Source of the DNA: Vicugna vicugna
Lineage: Eukaryota
Assembly (NCBI GenBank): GCA_013265495.1
Contig: MU058059.1
Coordinates: 186,001 to 250,000 of the forward strand
Length of the DNA stretch: 64,000 nucleotides
Direction: 5' to 3'
The notes beneath the pieces are model-generated. The model did no database searches. It saw nothing but the letters and a program-made list of their open reading frames with translations, and was not told the DNA's origin. Both the position numbers and the translations under genes were made by a program. The stretch's first letter is position 1. Every line of letters begins with the position of its first letter. Of this stretch, positions 39,021 through 51,970 are shown piece after piece.

Positions 39021-41135
39021 AACACTGTCTTTTAATTTCTTCTGGTTACATTAGGGACCAAGCATTCCTGCTGGGGGCTTGTAGTCTTCCTCTTTCTGTA
39101 AAAACACTATCAGTTTTTGATAATAAAAGTAATGCATATATCTTGTGGAAAATACAAAGAAAACAAAAATTATCCATAATTAGTAAGTGGGGAAAATACC
39201 ATTACACATCTTTTCTTATGCATTCATATATGTCTAGATACGCATTTTTATTTTTACTGATGTTCATCTATTGATCGACTGACTGATGGCTCAATCTACT
39301 ATCTGTCCATCTGGAATCACCGAATTTATGATTTGAATTTGAATCCTGTGGTTTTCGTTTTTCGTTTATTCTAAGGATTTCCCTATGGGAAAAAGGATTC
39401 TTTATAAGAACCTGTTTAACCATCTCTCCATCATTAAAAATTAGATTTGTCCTCTTCTTTTTTTTAAAACTTGCTTTTTACAACTGACTCTAAATGCAAG
39501 GAGTGGGCATCAGTTACATTCAGGACACTTAACGGGGAACATGCTGCACACTCCAAACTGCAGGTTACAAGTCTATGAAAAAGGAGGCTTTTCTGTACTT
39601 ACAGGACATCAGTTCAGAGCAATCATTCTGCACTGTTCTATATATACCAGAAGAAAATTACTGAGGCCGTCTTGATGCAACTGAATGGTAGAATTAAGTG
39701 GGTAAATGAAAAGGAGAGGGAAAGTACTATTTGCAGACTTCCCAAATGTCAGCCGCTTCAAATCAAGAAGCTAATTATTTACTGCACAGACAAGTCACCA
39801 AGGCAGAAAAACAAATGTGGGCTGTCTTGGGGTTTGACGCGCTCCCGAGCAGCGATTATATGCACCAGTATTCGGCTCACTTGTTAATTAGAGACTTCAT
39901 CTTCATTGAAGAATCTGCTTCCTTTGTTTAATTCAGCAAAACCAGCTTAAAAAAGAAGTCTGCTACTTAGGAAACCTTTATCTTCTCTTTATCACAGGAA
40001 AACCTCCTTCACAGCTAGGACACGACTGTCAGTTAACATCTAGTCCAGAACTAGAGTTGTCAGGCAGGGTTCTTACACATCCATTTAACAACATACGGCA
40101 GTAGTTTGAGAGCAAAACTTTGTCAGTTATTGTCTTACCAAATTGACATAGTTGTGTTACTTTGATGCAGCTTTGAAATCACAAGGCTTTGTACTAGCAA
40201 CTCACCCTGTCTGATCTCAGTCCCCGTCCCTAAAGAAAACGAGATGTATTTTTCCATTTTAAACACCAAGGGATTTCCTTAGATAACTCTGAATCTAATT
40301 ACCTGGTCCAGTCAAACAATCTGAAATTAAGTTCTGCAAATCTCTGATCTGGCTCCTCCTTCCTTCCATGTTTCAAAGGTCTTTTTATTTTCGTTCTCTT
40401 TTGAATTCTCAATTATCTCTATTTTGCTCACTGTGGGAACTTCTCTTCAAAGTGATTACTGACTTTGCCATCACCTTGGTTTGACTGAATAATTTGAAAC
40501 TTAGGCTGGGCAGAAATGGGAAGAGAAGGTCATGTGGGCCAAATAATTAGTTTTCACTTATTTGAAAGGTGGCGATTACAGAACACTCAGCTCTGCTTCT
40601 CACTGGTGGGGACTGTCTAAGCTATGGGCAGTTTAGACTGGGAACCAGTGCAGGAGTAGCACGCGATGCTACGAGGGTGGGCTGGGCAAGGACCTGGGGA
40701 AGCTGCTCGATTGCACTTTAGAAAAAGAAGGCTGAGAAGGCATTCCAACGGGCACTGGGATCTGAAGGAAGTGTCTGCCATTCACTACATCTGGTTTGGA
40801 TTTAATCATTTCATGTCTTAGTCTCACCAAAGCAAAGACAAACAAGTATGAATCCAGCTGCCCTCTGAAGTACACAGTGCAGAACAAAAGGGACCGCCTT
40901 CCTAATTAGCTTAGTTACCTAAGTTAACCAATGACTTAGTCATTCACTAGTAATTAACTCAGTTAACCAATCACTTAATCATTCAGTTAATAATGCTATA
41001 AATGTTCCTGGAAGTACAGCTTTAAATGCATCCCACAAGCTTTGGTATGTATTGCTTTTCATTTGCTTACCATTCATAATGTTTTAAAATTTCCCTGTGA
41101 CATTTCCTTTGACCTATGGGTTATTTAGCTGGGGG

Positions 41136-41800
41136 TGTTTTCTATTCCAGCTCTGAGATACAACGGACATGTAACACTGCGAAAGTTTAAGGTGTACCCG
41201 GCGATGACTCCGTATACGCATAGACTGCAAGTGATTACCACTGTAAGGACTGGGAGTGAACACATTCATGGCCTCACAAAGTTACTTTTTTGTGTGCTGA
41301 GAACTTTAAAGATGTACTCTCTCAGCAACTTTCAAATATACAATACAGCGTCGTTAACTGCAGTCACCATGCTGCACATGACATCCCCAGAACCCATTCA
41401 GCTTTCAACTGCAGGTTTGTACCTTTTGACCACCTTCACCCATTCCTTGCCCTGATCTCTGCCACAAATCCACTCTCTTCTATCAGGTCTGATTTTTAGA
41501 GGATTCACATATAAGTGAGGCCATATAGTACCTGTCATCTCCTGTCTGACTTGTTTCACTTAGCATAACACCCTCAAGGTTCATCCATGGTGTTGAAAAT
41601 GGCAATATTTCTTGCTTTTTCAGCTGAGTAATATTCCTGTATATTCACACACACATATATATATATATTCACACAAATTCACATATACTTTATATACATG
41701 TATATATTCATATATTAACATTCTAATTCTGAAGTCTACTCACGTGGGTGTTTATGTGTGTGTGAGTGTGTGTGTGTGTCTGTGTGTGTACAACCATTCC
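41136..41800 (-). mobile_element. L1MA9-like 3' end with (TA)/(TG) simple repeats
   Basis: aagtttaaggtgtac...gatgtactctctcagcaactttcaaatatacaatacag...gtcaccatgctg...tcacatataagtgag. Confidence 0.85.
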
Positions 41801-41898
41801 AGGTTTTTTGATTAGTCTTCAATGAGGATTTATTTCCATGGTATATATTTTCCATTCATTTACATTTTACCTGCTTCTTTACATATAAAGTGGGTTTT

Positions 41899-42972
41899 CA
41901 TGAGCAAAATAAAACCACCTATGGAATGGGAGAAAATATTTTCAAATGATGTGGCTGACAAAGGCTTAAATTCCAGAATATATAAGCAGTTTATACAACT
42001 TGATAATAAAAAATCAAACAACCCAATCCAAAAATGGGCAGAAAACATAAACAAGCAATTCTCCAATGAAGAGACAAATGGCCAATAGGCACATGAAAAA
42101 ATGCTCAATATCACTAATTATCAGAGAAATGCAAATCAAGACTATAATGAAATATCACCTGACAGCAGTCAGAATGGCCATCATTCAAAAGTCCATAAAC
42201 AATAAATGCCGGAGAGGCTGTGGACAAAGGGGAGCCCTCCCACACTGCTGGGGGGAATGCAGTTTGGTGCAGCTGTTATGGAAAACAGTATGGAGAGTCC
42301 TCAAAAGACCAAAAATAGACTGACCATATGATCCAGCAATCGCACTTCTGGGTATATATCTGGAGGGAACTCTAATTTGTAAAAAAATACATGCACCCCA
42401 ATATTCATAGCAGCACTATATACAATAGCCAACACATGGAAGCAACCTAAATGTCCATCAACAGATGACTGGATAAAGAAGATGTGGTATATTTATACAA
42501 TGGAATACTACTCAGCTGTAAAAAAGAAAAACGTAATGCCATTTGCAGCAACATGGATGGACTCAGAGGTTATCATTCTAAGGGAAGTAAGTCAGAAAGA
42601 AAGAAAAACACCATATGATATCATGATATCATTCATACGTGGAATCTAAAAAAAAAAAAAGGACACTATGAACTCATCTACAAAACAGAAACAGACTGGC
42701 AGACATAGTCAACAATCTTATGGTTACCAGGGAAAAGGGGTGGGAAGGTGAAAATTTGGGAGTTTGAGATTTACCAATGCTAGCCATTATATATAAAAGT
42801 ACATTTTAAAAAAGTTTCTGCTGTATAGCACAGAGAGCTATGTTCAATATCTTGTAATAACCTTTAATGAAAAAGAATATGAAAATGAATATATGTATGT
42901 ATATGCATGACTGGGACATTGTGCTGTAACCAGGAATTGACACATTGTAACTGATTATACTTCGATAAAAAA
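41899..42972 (+). mobile_element. Younger, probably lineage-specific 5'-truncated L1 (~1.07 kb) with a perfect 14-bp TSD
   Basis: TSD ataaagtgggtttt at 41885-41898 and 42973-42986; ORF2 fragments PMEWEKIFSNDVADKGL and [23 protein letters not shown]. Confidence 0.95.
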
Positions 42973-45739
42973 ATAAAGTGGGTTTTGTGTAGACGTAGTA
43001 GAGTTAGACTTTGCTTTTTTAAATTGACAGTATCTATCCTTATTTGATATACTGAGGCCACTTATATTTGTGTAATTACTGTTATGTTTAGAATAAAATC
43101 TACTATTTTGATAGTTATTTTTTCTGTTTTTTCCTTCCCTTTCCTTCTTTTTCTGCCAATTTTTCAATTAACTTTCATGGTTCTTATTTTTCCCAACTAT
43201 TGACCTGTTATATATATCTCATAGAAATTTATTTTAGTTGTTTCCCATAGAGCTTATAATATAATTTTAAATTTTGTTGTAATTTAATTTTAAATATTTT
43301 TATTCTGCTTTACACACAATATAAGAGATTTATAGCAATATACATCCAATTTCTCCCTCTGGCCATTTGTGCTGCTGTCACATATTTCACCCTTGTGGTA
43401 TAAATCCTGTAACACTGCTACTATGTTTCCTTTAGACAGCAGACTGTCTCAAAGAGTGATACACAGAACAAAATGTGCCAGTTATATTTACCTCCATTAT
43501 ACAGCATTATATAAATATACTTTATCAATTTTAGCATTGCTTTTCGAGGATCCAAGTTTCTCTATTATCAGATTCCTTCTGCCTAACAAACCGCCTTTAA
43601 CAGTGCTGGGAGCACAGGTCTGCTGGCAACAAATGTTTGTCTGAAAAACGTCACCATTTGACTTGGACTTTGACAGGTATTTTAATTTGGTATAGAATTC
43701 TGAGTTGACCGTCCCCATGTGCTTGAAAGATGCCATTTCATTATTTTACAGTTTATTTTCTGGTGAGAAGTCTACTGTATTTCTAATCTTTGGTCTTCTC
43801 AATCTAAGGTGCCCCCCCCCGCCGCCCCAACTGGCTGCCATCATGATTTTGTCTTTATTGTTGGATTTCAACAGTATGAATATGACGTGTAGGCAGGTAT
43901 ATGGATTAAAATTTTTTTGTGTTTATATTGCTTGAGGTTTTCTGAGCTTATTAGATTCTTGCTTTGTGCCTTCCATCATATATGGAAAATTCTCCAGTTT
44001 CATCCATAAAATACTTCTGCCCCATTTTCTCTTTTTTTCTTTCTTAGATTTTAATGATACATATGTTCAATCATTTGATGTTGTCCAACCGCTCCTGGAT
44101 ACTCTGTTCTTTCTTTCCCTTTGTTTTTCAGTTGGTTAGTATCTACTGTTTTATTGTCAAGTTCACGGATTCTTTCCACGGCTGCATTTACTGGTGAGCC
44201 CATCAGGGTCATTATTCACTTCTGTTACCATGTTTTTTATTTCTAGCATTTCTAATTGATTCTTTCCTACAGTTTCCATCTCTCTGCTGAAATTCCCTAT
44301 CTGCTCATGCCTTTTACTCACCTTTTCCAGGACTTCTTAAACATGTTAATCACAGTCATTTTGAATTCTGATAGTTCCAGCACTAGGTCATATCTGAGCC
44401 TGGTTATGTTGATTATTTTGTCTCTCGATCATGCTTTTTCCTCCTTTGCTGTTTTATGTGTCTCGTAATTTTTTAGTAAATCTCAAATATCACGTGTGGA
44501 GCAGTACAGACTGAGTTACACGGCATTTCTGCCTGGAATGGCGTACTTCTAGTAGGCCTTTAGGGCGAGGCGTGAGTCTCTAGTCAGGAGTCCAGCTGGG
44601 TTTGAGTTTTACTGTTGCTGTGGTTAACTTCAGTGCTGTTAGCTTCAAACTCCTCTAGTATTACCTTGTGCTTCAGACGGGGCTGGAGTGTAGGAGCGTC
44701 TGTCCCAATATTCCTGCTCCACTCTCAGCTTTCATCTCTCCCCGTGTTACTGCGACCAGCAGTGGGTTTCTCTTTGGTCCCGTCACTCAGAAGTGGGTTG
44801 CTACTGCTTGTTACCGTGTGCTCACAAGACTGATAGGAGGGGGGGGGGGCGGGGGCTTCTCTGTTCTCCTGGTCCACCCTCAGCTTTAGGGAGCTCTGAG
44901 CCTTAGGGGCGGGGCTTTCTCTGTGCTCCCGCCTCCCGCTCAGCATCAGCCAGGCTCTGTGCTGTATCTGGGAGACAGGTCCCTGCTTTTCCCTAGGGGT
45001 AGGAGACGTGCACTGGTATGGGTGGAGAATCTTGGGCTCAGGACTCTTTCCAGTCCCTTCTTCAGGATATTTTTCCTTTGATACTTCCCCCGACTGAAGT
45101 GGGTCACAGGTGAGCTTGGGACAACCTGGTTTGCTGCACCTTCTCCAGCAGCTAACGCTCCTGTTCCACAGTAGCCAGGGGCCCGGGGAGGCTTCAGATC
45201 TTCCCTGAAGTGCTGGCTGCTCGGCCCGCCTAGGCCTGTCCCACTGCGGGGGGCCTCCCCTGCCTCCAGTCCTGCCTGCCAGTCTTATGAGCCCCCGAGA
45301 AAGGTCTGTGGAGAGAGGCCCTGACCCGGCAGGAGCTCCCTTTGTGTCTGCAGTTTCCACACGTTCTACACCCAAACTCTAGCCTAGGTTTGGTCTTTAT
45401 CAATTTGTTAAAAAATTTTAGCTAAATGCTTCTCTCGTTGTTCGGAGCTTGGTATTTTTCCCTCCTGGGCTCACAGTCCACATCTCCTTGGGGGAGTCTG
45501 TCTGTCTTAGGCCTGCAGCTTGCTGGCTTTGTGTGTAACTTAGCTATCTGACGGGTTTAAGAAAATCTATGTCTTGGAAGTTTATCCCGACTTTTTCTGT
45601 TAGGGTAGGAGCCATGTTCTTTCCAGCTAACCTTCTACATCCTAGGTTTACTTAATCTTCTTCCCTTCTTTGGCATTAACTCCCAGCAAAAGAAGTCATG
45701 AAATAGATGATCAAAATGTCTAGCACTTGGCCACATTAA

Positions 45740-45865
45740 CTCATTCAATGAACCATTACTGAAACACACACATACATATCCTGGGGTGCTGGGGACACAC
45801 TGGAGAGAAAAATAATATCACTGCATATAAGGTCCTTCAGTGGCATGGGGGAGGAGGACACACAC
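45740..45865 (-). mobile_element. L2 3' end fragment
   Basis: tcattcaatgaacc...ggtgctggggacacac... Confidence 0.5.
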
Positions 45866-45919
45866 GACATGGAAGCCCAAGACTGCTTCAGTCAATGAGC
45901 ATCCTCAGTGTGCTGCAGC

Positions 45920-46121
45920 CACACTATCTACTAGACATAAGACAGATAAACAGCATGGTCCTGCTGTAGTGCACAGGGCACTACATTCAGTACCTTGGAA
46001 TAGCCTATAATGAAAAAGAATATGAAAAGGAATATATACATACGTATAAGTGAATCACTGTGCTGTACACCAGAGTTTAATCCAACATTGTAAACTGACT
46101 GTACATCAATTAAAAAAAAAA
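45920..46121 (+). mobile_element. Short L1 3'UTR end
   Basis: agataaacagcatggtcctgctgtagtgcacaggg...tgaatcactgtgctgtacaccagag...caattaaaaaaaaaa. Confidence 0.88.
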
Positions 46122-47294
46122 GACAAGCTGTCAGGATGGATGTTTAGGAAGCGCCATTAGCCCTGAATGACCGATGGGTGCATGAAACAAAGATCAGGCA
46201 CAGAAGGGACCCTCAGACACTCGGCCTCAGTTCATAACCACACTTAGCTTTCCTCCAGTTTTGAAAGGACACAGCTCTGAAAGTTAGTGGCGAAGTCCCC
46301 AGTGTCACATGTGCTTGTGAACTTTAGATGCCATTTCCTGGGGGAGAGGAGAACCAATAATCGTGAAGAATATACAACAGGAAATGAAAGTCTGATTTCA
46401 GAGGTCGAAAGACTATTTTAAATTAAACTGTACATCTGGTCTAAATCTCAAGTTTTAAAGCATCTTACTGATATCACCTAAAGTCATATTATAGTCATTT
46501 ATCATTAAGTTTATGAATGAAATGTATTTAACTCAACTAGCAACTTTGATTCAGATTTGGACTTTGGGGTTAACCCACAGAAACACGCAGATGACAGGAA
46601 TGCACTGCTATTTAAAATAATTTAAGTACAATCTAGTTCTAAAAATGTTCATTGCTGCTTTAACTCCACTCTTCAACTATCAAAGGAAAGGAGGATTTAA
46701 AAGCAAAAATTAAACATAAAACTGCTTAACTTAATAAAAAAACAATTTTTTAAAGCAGCAGCAGCGTACTCACTGTCTCTAGTTTAGAAATAATACACAT
46801 CAGAGAGCAGAGACAGACTTCTCATGTCCTGAACTCAGAACAGGCATATTCAGTGCCAAGGTACCGACAATATTGTAAAATAAGTAACATAGTATAGGTC
46901 ATACGGGGTCCTGGACCCTTCCTAAGAACTGCCCCCGCGCCAGACCTCCTCCTCTGGAACGCACTGCTTTTTACAACCACTACTTGACTGTCTCATTGAC
47001 TGAAACAAGGCGGTCCTTCCAGCTGTCAGGTCCCCAAGCCCTGCTTGGACCACCTTTCCAGGATTTCAGGGCTTAGGAAGAAACCTGGAAGAGGAGAGGG
47101 TAGAAGCAATTTCATTTGCTTTTGAGATTTTAATATTGACTACTGCATTTCATTTCGCTTTTTCAATTGTAGCAGACCAGAAAAAGCGCTCCCAGGCTTG
47201 GAAAAAATAAAGCCCATGGGTGCCGGCAGTACTTCTTTTCAGCCAGAAGAGGGAGTAGAGGAGCAGAACTACATAGACCTAGTAATATGCTATC

Positions 47295-47428
47295 TTTTAA
47301 AAAATTTGGTGGGGGTGCTGGTGATCAGAATCCCCTATCTCTCTATTTTAATGGAGGTGCTGGGGATGGAACCCAGGACCTTGTGCCTGCTTAGCATGTG
47401 CTCTGCTACTGAGCTATATGCCCTCCCC
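47295..47428 (-). mobile_element. tRNA-derived camelid-type SINE
   Basis: atggaggtgctggggatggaacccaggaccttgtgcctgcttagcatgtgctctgctactgagctatatgccctcccc. Confidence 0.92.
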
Positions 47429-48324
47429 GCTCCTCTGCTTAACAGACAAAAACACAAAACCAACAACTACGTTTCCTCTTCCCTTCTTTAGAAATACAGC
47501 ATATAGAAAAAGAGCATTTTTTGGAAGAAGGATGTTTACCAGGGCTTTTAATATCAGGCCAGTATCTAATTTAGGAATTGGTGTTTCTGATGTGAAAACT
47601 TCCAGATACACCCACACTGGGTCTGGGATGGGGTAAAACAGGATACACAGCCAGCGCTGCTCGCATTCAGATTTCAGTCCATTCTTAGTCCGATCCGGAG
47701 CGTCCAACCCTCAGCAAGGAAAAGGCTCATGCATTTTGTTACAGCTGTTGGCCATTAATGAGCATTCTGTTCACATTCTGATAATTTAAAAACAAAATGC
47801 TCTAGATTGTCCTTAACACTCTGGTCCCTGGAACTTAAAAAGAAAGGAAGAAAATGAAAGGACATCACACAGGCCTTCCCCAAAGGAACCCAGCACAAGT
47901 ATTTGTTTTTAAACTGCCCGAATTGTGAAAACACAGCCCCACTTGATGACAGCTGCCTCTCTGCTGAGGCAAAACACACACTGTGCTCAGCTTCTACTCG
48001 AGCCTGAACCCCTTGGGAAAGGGAAGGGGGAGCCTGGTGGCGGGGAGTGTAACTCACAATGCAGCCTTTGTCCCGGCCCTGATCCTCCCACTAGGGTGAA
48101 ATGGAATCACACAGCGTATTTTCCACAGGCTAAATTTCCCAGGCACGGCTCCTGCGAAGATGTCTGCCTTCCAGCAAAGCACAGGAGCCCCGGCGATGTT
48201 TGGAGAAAACAGACATTCCTTCATCCATCTCTTGCTTTCTTTTCCCCCCTTATGTTCCCAACTTTCTTGCTTCCCTTGACCCTAAATAGATGGCCATGCC
48301 TTCTTCCTCACCACGATGGATAAA

Positions 48325-48487
48325 CGGGGTTTGGGGGTTCTTTCTGGGGTGATGAACATTCTAACGTTACATTATGGTGATGGTTACATAACACCGGGAA
48401 TAAATACACTAAAAGCTATTGAAGCAGACACTTTACCTGGGTGAATTGTATGGTATGTGAATTATTTCTCCATAAAGTTATTAAAAA
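48325..48487 (+). mobile_element. L1MB/ME-type 3' end
   Basis: ttctggggtgatgaacattcta...tggtgatggttacataac...gtgaattgtatggtatgtgaattatttctccataaag. Confidence 0.85.
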
Positions 48488-49649
48488 GGGGGGGGTTTCT
48501 CTAAATAATGAATTTAGACAGCAATGTCTGGCCTTTCTTGCTTTTCAACTAAAATGAGAGTCAAAGTAACATAATTCACCTACTGGATTCAATTTCCTTC
48601 TCATTTTGCTATGTTATCAAGTGGGGAGTTGTGTGTGTGTGTGAGATCATCTTTCTAGATTTCCCTTTGAATACTTCTGGTCTGATTTAAAGTCAGTCTT
48701 GTTTGTTTCTTCACATGCAAAGACTTGAAAACATATTACACAATCAGAGAAAGACTCTTATCACCATCTTGAATTAGTTTTATTTTAAAACTTTAGTAAC
48801 GAATGCCATTTATTATGTGTCTATACACAAAACAAACTTGGGGATCACTTTCTGGGACATGAAAATGAGCTCATCGTCTGATGCAGCAGCACAACATCTT
48901 AAAGCCATTTTAGGCAGCATTTATTAAACAAAGGCGCCCAGACTAAGGACATGGCCCTGTCCTTGGTGCTGACCAGACACATCTGGGCTTTGTGTTCAGT
49001 TTCAGCGACACTGTGGCCTGGAACAGTTCCAGAGAAAGGAGCAAGAGCCCAGGGGAAACTCAGGAGAAACCCAAGTGCAGTCTCAGCATGCACACAGCCT
49101 TTCAGGCTGCCAGTGGTGGGGGTGATCTTGTTTTTAAGTCTGCTTTCCTAGTTTTGCCTCTGGGTCAAGGCAGATTGATCTTTAGCCAGTTTTTGGTAAA
49201 ACCCCTAGTGCCAGTGTGGCTTCTGCCCTTTGCTGATTAATCTATGGATAGTTTAGGGGATGGCTTCAGGTCTGGCCACATCTAGTTCTGACTGCTCCTG
49301 AGTGAGTGCAGCCCAACACTTGTACACAAACTTCTGACCACCATGATCTCAAGAGGGCTCTTCTCGGCTCTTCCCATTGTTTCTGTTAGAACTCCTGACC
49401 GCTCTGCCATTTTGCTTGCTGTTGCCTGTATCATGGAGCTATGAGCTCCTCCTTAACTGCTCTCTAACACTGCTTTCGACAGCGTCCTTAGGCATGCAAT
49501 TCTCCATGCTCTCCAGTCCCAATAAAGCCCGCTCCCTCAGGCACAACTGTGAGTTCACCATCCTTGGGTTCTCGTCTTCCCCAGCTGGAGCCTCTGTACC
49601 ACCACACACAAGCTGGGGGCAGAGACGGCTCCTCTTCGTGCCTTGCCTT

Positions 49650-50168
49650 TCCCCACACGGAACCTTGGGCTCACAAGTCAGGTGGAATTAGACTAACTGG
49701 GCACTCATATTCCAAGTTTGCTATGCCTGGGGGAGAGTTTGTCCCACAAATGGGGGTTAAGTGAAGGAAAGGAGTCCTGGACCTCTTCATCATACCTGCC
49801 TGGAACAGAGTTTTTGTAAAATGGGGAGAAATGAGAAAGCTAGCAGCCTGTCCACCCCTGAGTGAAACTGTGGCTCCAGACTGGGAGCTGGGAGATGAGG
49901 GAGCCCCATCTTCCTGGTAGCATCTGCCTTGATTAGAGCACCTGGAACTTGGGGTGGGAGGTGTGGTCATAGTTCAAATGCTACAGGCTCTTGCCTTAAA
50001 GGAGACTGAGTATATTTTCTCATTTTCTTGAATGAGTCTTTATTGGCTATAAGTCCTTAGGACAAATCTCTTTAAATGATTCATTTTGAGAAATAACTGT
50101 ATCCAATTAAGTGATGGCTTGTTGGGAAGAGAATCTACGGTGGTCCTCACTCCCCATCCTGGAACTCA
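49650..50168 (-). mobile_element. Ancient L1M 5'UTR-like fragment
   Basis: Ends gttgggaagagaatctacggtggtcctcactccccatcctggaact, resembling recalled antisense L1ME/MD 5' termini. Confidence 0.45.
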
Positions 50169-51594
50169 TCTTTTCCTCTGCATTATAAATAATAATCATA
50201 AGTGCAAACACAAATGACTCCTTCTTTTGGATAATCTTTTTCTTTTCATGACAAAGATGTTATCTTCTATTGCTTTTATCCACATTTTCATATACCAATA
50301 ACTTTATCGCAGTATTTCAAATGGTAGAGTTCCCAATAATTAGTGCATTAGAGACAGAGAAAGCCTCATGCCCTCTCAAATTGGTTTACACTGAAATGGC
50401 ATTTCTTGCTACTGAAATTATAAAAGCACTTTGTACTCGCTGGAAAGAGGCTGGAATATTCTTATCAATATGGACAGACAGGGAGGAAAATTGCTTAAGG
50501 GCACAGAAGTGATTGCTGGCAGAGCTAGAGTCCAGGATCCCTGAATTGGACTCTCATTCTTCTCATTAGAAAACGTGCTCTTTAAAAAGAAATCTGCTTA
50601 TTTTCCGTCTACTCATCTACCCACAAAGATTTAGATCATTATGAAACTGGAAATGTTCTCTTTCCATATTTTAATTCAGTAACAATGTGATGAACTTGCG
50701 CTTTTGATAAGATTGCCTGGGAAAGGAGACAGCATTTGGGTACATGAATACGCTCACTGCTAAAATCACCTGACACATGCACCTGTTCTTTATTTGGTAC
50801 AATGACTGAATTTTAAGTGTCTTTTTGAGGTAAAAAAGCTACTGAAAATGAAAAAAATACCTTTTAACAGTAGAGGGGGCTGGCTGAGTTAATACAGAGA
50901 ATGTGCTGAATTATAGTTCATATTTAACTGGAGAATTCTTTTCCACACAATCACTATCTTGGAAATTAGTATTTACCTTTACTGAAAACTAATGAAGACT
51001 ACTTCTAATGCTATTTTTTCAGAGACCTTTAAAATCCATCACTTGTTTGAATAACACCCATAAAATTAAGCCCCTAGTTGTTCAGACAATGTCAGCAGTT
51101 GTGAAAAAGAGCAGCAAGCGGCTCCTCAGTGTATCAGCATGCCCGATCCAACTGCTACAGGGCATCAGATGGTGTCGCTGACCGATGGAAAGGCTGAGGG
51201 TAAAGGCTTCATCGTGAAGGAAACAATCAGACAATACAGGTTCTGCGTGTGACCATGTTAGGACAGAAAGCCAGTAGGGAAGGTGAATTTTACATCACTC
51301 CTGACTTTTCACAGCCATTGTCCACAGCTTAATCTTGAAGTGAACCACTGAAAGGTAACCTGTCATTCTAAGACAGGCAGTGTTAGTTGAGCAATGAGAG
51401 TTAAGACAAGAAGTGTGCTCAAAGCAGCTAGGGAGGGCTGCAGGGTCCTCCTGACGAGAGACCATAAAATGGCAGAGTAACTGGCCACCATTTCCAAATA
51501 CAAAATCCTTAGTCATGCAAACAAACCATTCAAAATTCCTTCCTTCCTCTCTCCCTCCTTCTCATGCCCTACCCCCTCTATTTTTCTTTCTTTT

Positions 51595-51970
51595 ATTCTT
51601 TCAGTAAGTATGTATGGAATGGTTACCACAGGCTGGGCACTTTGACAGAAACTGGGGAGAGTGAAGAAAACAGGATAAACAGCTCCCTGTTCTCGACACT
51701 CACACTCTAATGGTGGCAGCTGGAGGACATGCGACAGTTAACAAGGATACACGAGATGATGTCACATTGTAAGTGTTAAGAAAGAAGCAAGCAGGTTGAT
51801 GGGTTCCATGTGTCAACTGCAGGGCTGCTGTGAGATGGGGTGGAGACTGGGGGCACTTGAGTTGAGCCATTAGAGAAAGCTTTTTTGGAGACATACACCT
51901 GAGACCTGAGAGTGAGAAAGTTGACAAGGAGAACATTCTGGGCTGAGGAAACAGCGAGAATCCCTGAAAT
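51595..51970 (-). mobile_element. L2 fragment
   Basis: ttcagtaagtatgtatgga...ggcact...tccctgttctc...gagacctgag...aacattctgggctgaggaaacagc. Confidence 0.75.

Larger units (their letters stand above)
40990..45650 (-). mobile_element. Old L1M element (5'UTR, ORF1, part of ORF2) hosting two younger L1 insertions
   Basis: Antisense ORF2 at 40990-41130 (gctataaatgttcct...gcatcccacaag), antisense endonuclease region at ~41810-41898 and from 42987, antisense ORF1 at ~43600-44480, GC-richer 5'UTR at ~44500-45650. Confidence 0.8.

Noticed and set aside
44725..45375. Longest ORF in the track (216 aa, minus strand)
   Set aside because: Lies in the GC-rich 5'UTR region of an old L1; P/G/R/S-rich composition with no recognisable domain.
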